Shown: positions 31,477 to 32,000 of the stretch, in pieces
Layout of the letters: each line of letters begins with the position of its first letter
How positions within the stretch are numbered: position 1 is the stretch's first letter
NCBI RefSeq assembly: GCF_003010495.1
Contig: NZ_CP027570.1
Coordinates: 540,001 to 572,000 of the forward strand
DNA length: 32,000 nt
From: Megasphaera elsdenii DSM 20460
Lineage (GTDB): Bacteria; Bacillota; Negativicutes; Veillonellales; Megasphaeraceae
Direction of reading: 5' to 3'
Notes under the pieces: model-generated
What the model saw: only the letters and a program-made list of their open reading frames with translations
Told to the model about the DNA's origin: nothing
Databases searched by the model: none
Made by a program: the position numbers and the translations under genes

Positions 31477-32000
31477 ATGAACGATAGATACACACCGACA
31501 TTTAATATTCACGAAGCAGTGCGCAAGACCTTGCCGTATATGATGGAAATGCGCGAGTATTTCCATGCCCATCCGGAATTGAGCGAAAAGGAATTTGATA
31601 CGTGCAAGACAATTTTCCAGGAACTGTCCCTCATGGGCATTGAAGACGTCAAGATCATCGCCGGTACGGGCGTCACCGGCCTGATCCACGGCGCCCTGCC
31701 CGGTCCGGTCATCCTCTTGCGGGCCGATATCGACGCCTTGCCGCTGACGGAAAAATTCGACTGCCCCTATTCGTCCCTCGTCGACGGCGTCATGCACGCC
31801 TGCGGCCATGACGGCCATGCAGCCAATCTCCTGGGGGTCGCCAAAATCCTTAACAAGCACAAGGACTGCCTGCGCGGCACGATCCGCCTGGCTTTTCAGC
31901 CGGCTGAAGAAGGCAACGGCGGCGCAGCCCGCATGATTGACGCCGGCATCCTCAACAATCCCCGCGTCGATTATGCCCTGGGCCTGCACGTCGCTGGCAG
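31477..32000 (+). CDS. M20-family amidohydrolase (N-acyl-amino acid amidohydrolase / hippurate hydrolase-like), 5' part; continues beyond the window
   Basis: This is my own translation, because the ORF has no stop in the window and is missing from the ORF track. It reads MNDRYTPTFNIHEAVRKTLPYMMEMREYFHAHPELSEKEF...LRADIDALPL...MHACGHDGH...FQPAEEG. SD AAAGGGGGA precedes the start. The minus ORF 31456-31989 is its shadow. Confidence 0.85.
   Translation, partial: MNDRYTPTFNIHEAVRKTLPYMMEMREYFHAHPELSEKEFDTCKTIFQELSLMGIEDVKIIAGTGVTGLIHGALPGPVILLRADIDALPLTEKFDCPYSSLVDGVMHACGHDGHAANLLGVAKILNKHKDCLRGTIRLAFQPAEEGNGGAARMIDAGILNNPRVDYALGLHVAG

Noticed and set aside
1-32000. Search for defence systems, toxin-antitoxin pairs, integrases, transposases, prophage genes, tRNA/rRNA genes and CRISPR arrays.
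   Set aside because: No ORF of at least 60 aa outside the annotated genes shows relevant motifs. All sizeable intergenic regions are accounted for by promoters, leaders, terminators or the repeat modules described. No tRNA-like cloverleaf or rRNA segment was recognised.

Overview
All calls come from reading the sequence and ORF translations; no database search was run. The window is a chromosomal, mostly housekeeping segment with strong C/G-ending codon bias, which produces many long antisense shadow ORFs. It combines Firmicute-type features (T-box leader, glmU-prs-pth synteny) with outer-membrane features (autotransporter-type barrel, lipid A phosphoethanolamine transferase-like protein) and anaerobe metabolism (PFOR, superoxide reductase, LarA). 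That mix suggests a diderm Firmicute (Negativicutes, possibly Megasphaera-like), which is inference only.

Gene content, left to right:
- pEtN-transferase-like membrane protein
- two-gene AmmeMemoRadiSam module (LigB/Memo-like::AMMECR1 fusion plus radical SAM enzyme)
- LarA-family nickel-pincer racemase homolog
- small low-GC cupin gene
- DAACS-family symporter
- complete trpEGDCFBA operon (minus strand) behind a Trp (UGG) T-box leader
- HAAAP-family amino acid permease
- divergent LysR regulator
- PFOR (nifJ)
- YbjN-like protein
- co-directional MBL hydrolase, passenger-less autotransporter barrel, superoxide reductase and glutathione peroxidase genes
- glmU-prs-pth
- PG-binding/3D-domain protein
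- ClC transporter with an RCK_C tail
- 5' part of an M20 amidohydrolase

I found no rRNA, tRNA, CRISPR array, IS element, prophage or recognisable defence genes.

The most unusual content is non-coding. Almost every intergenic spacer after a gene end carries modules from one repeat system:
- GTAG-headed REP-like hairpins, including a 3x tandem 43-bp array, with compensatory stem substitutions between copies
- arrays of 7-nt-period repeats (GTNNNNN), often as two inverted arrays around a TTTAAATTT core
- rho-independent terminators that nearly all share the same stem core (C/T)TGTCGC...GCGACA(A/G)

Other points worth follow-up are a possible AmmeMemoRadiSam-LarA transcription unit, a low-GC cupin islet, a 570-bp AT-rich divergent control region with perfect palindromes, and an SOR with a Cys-containing C-terminal extension.
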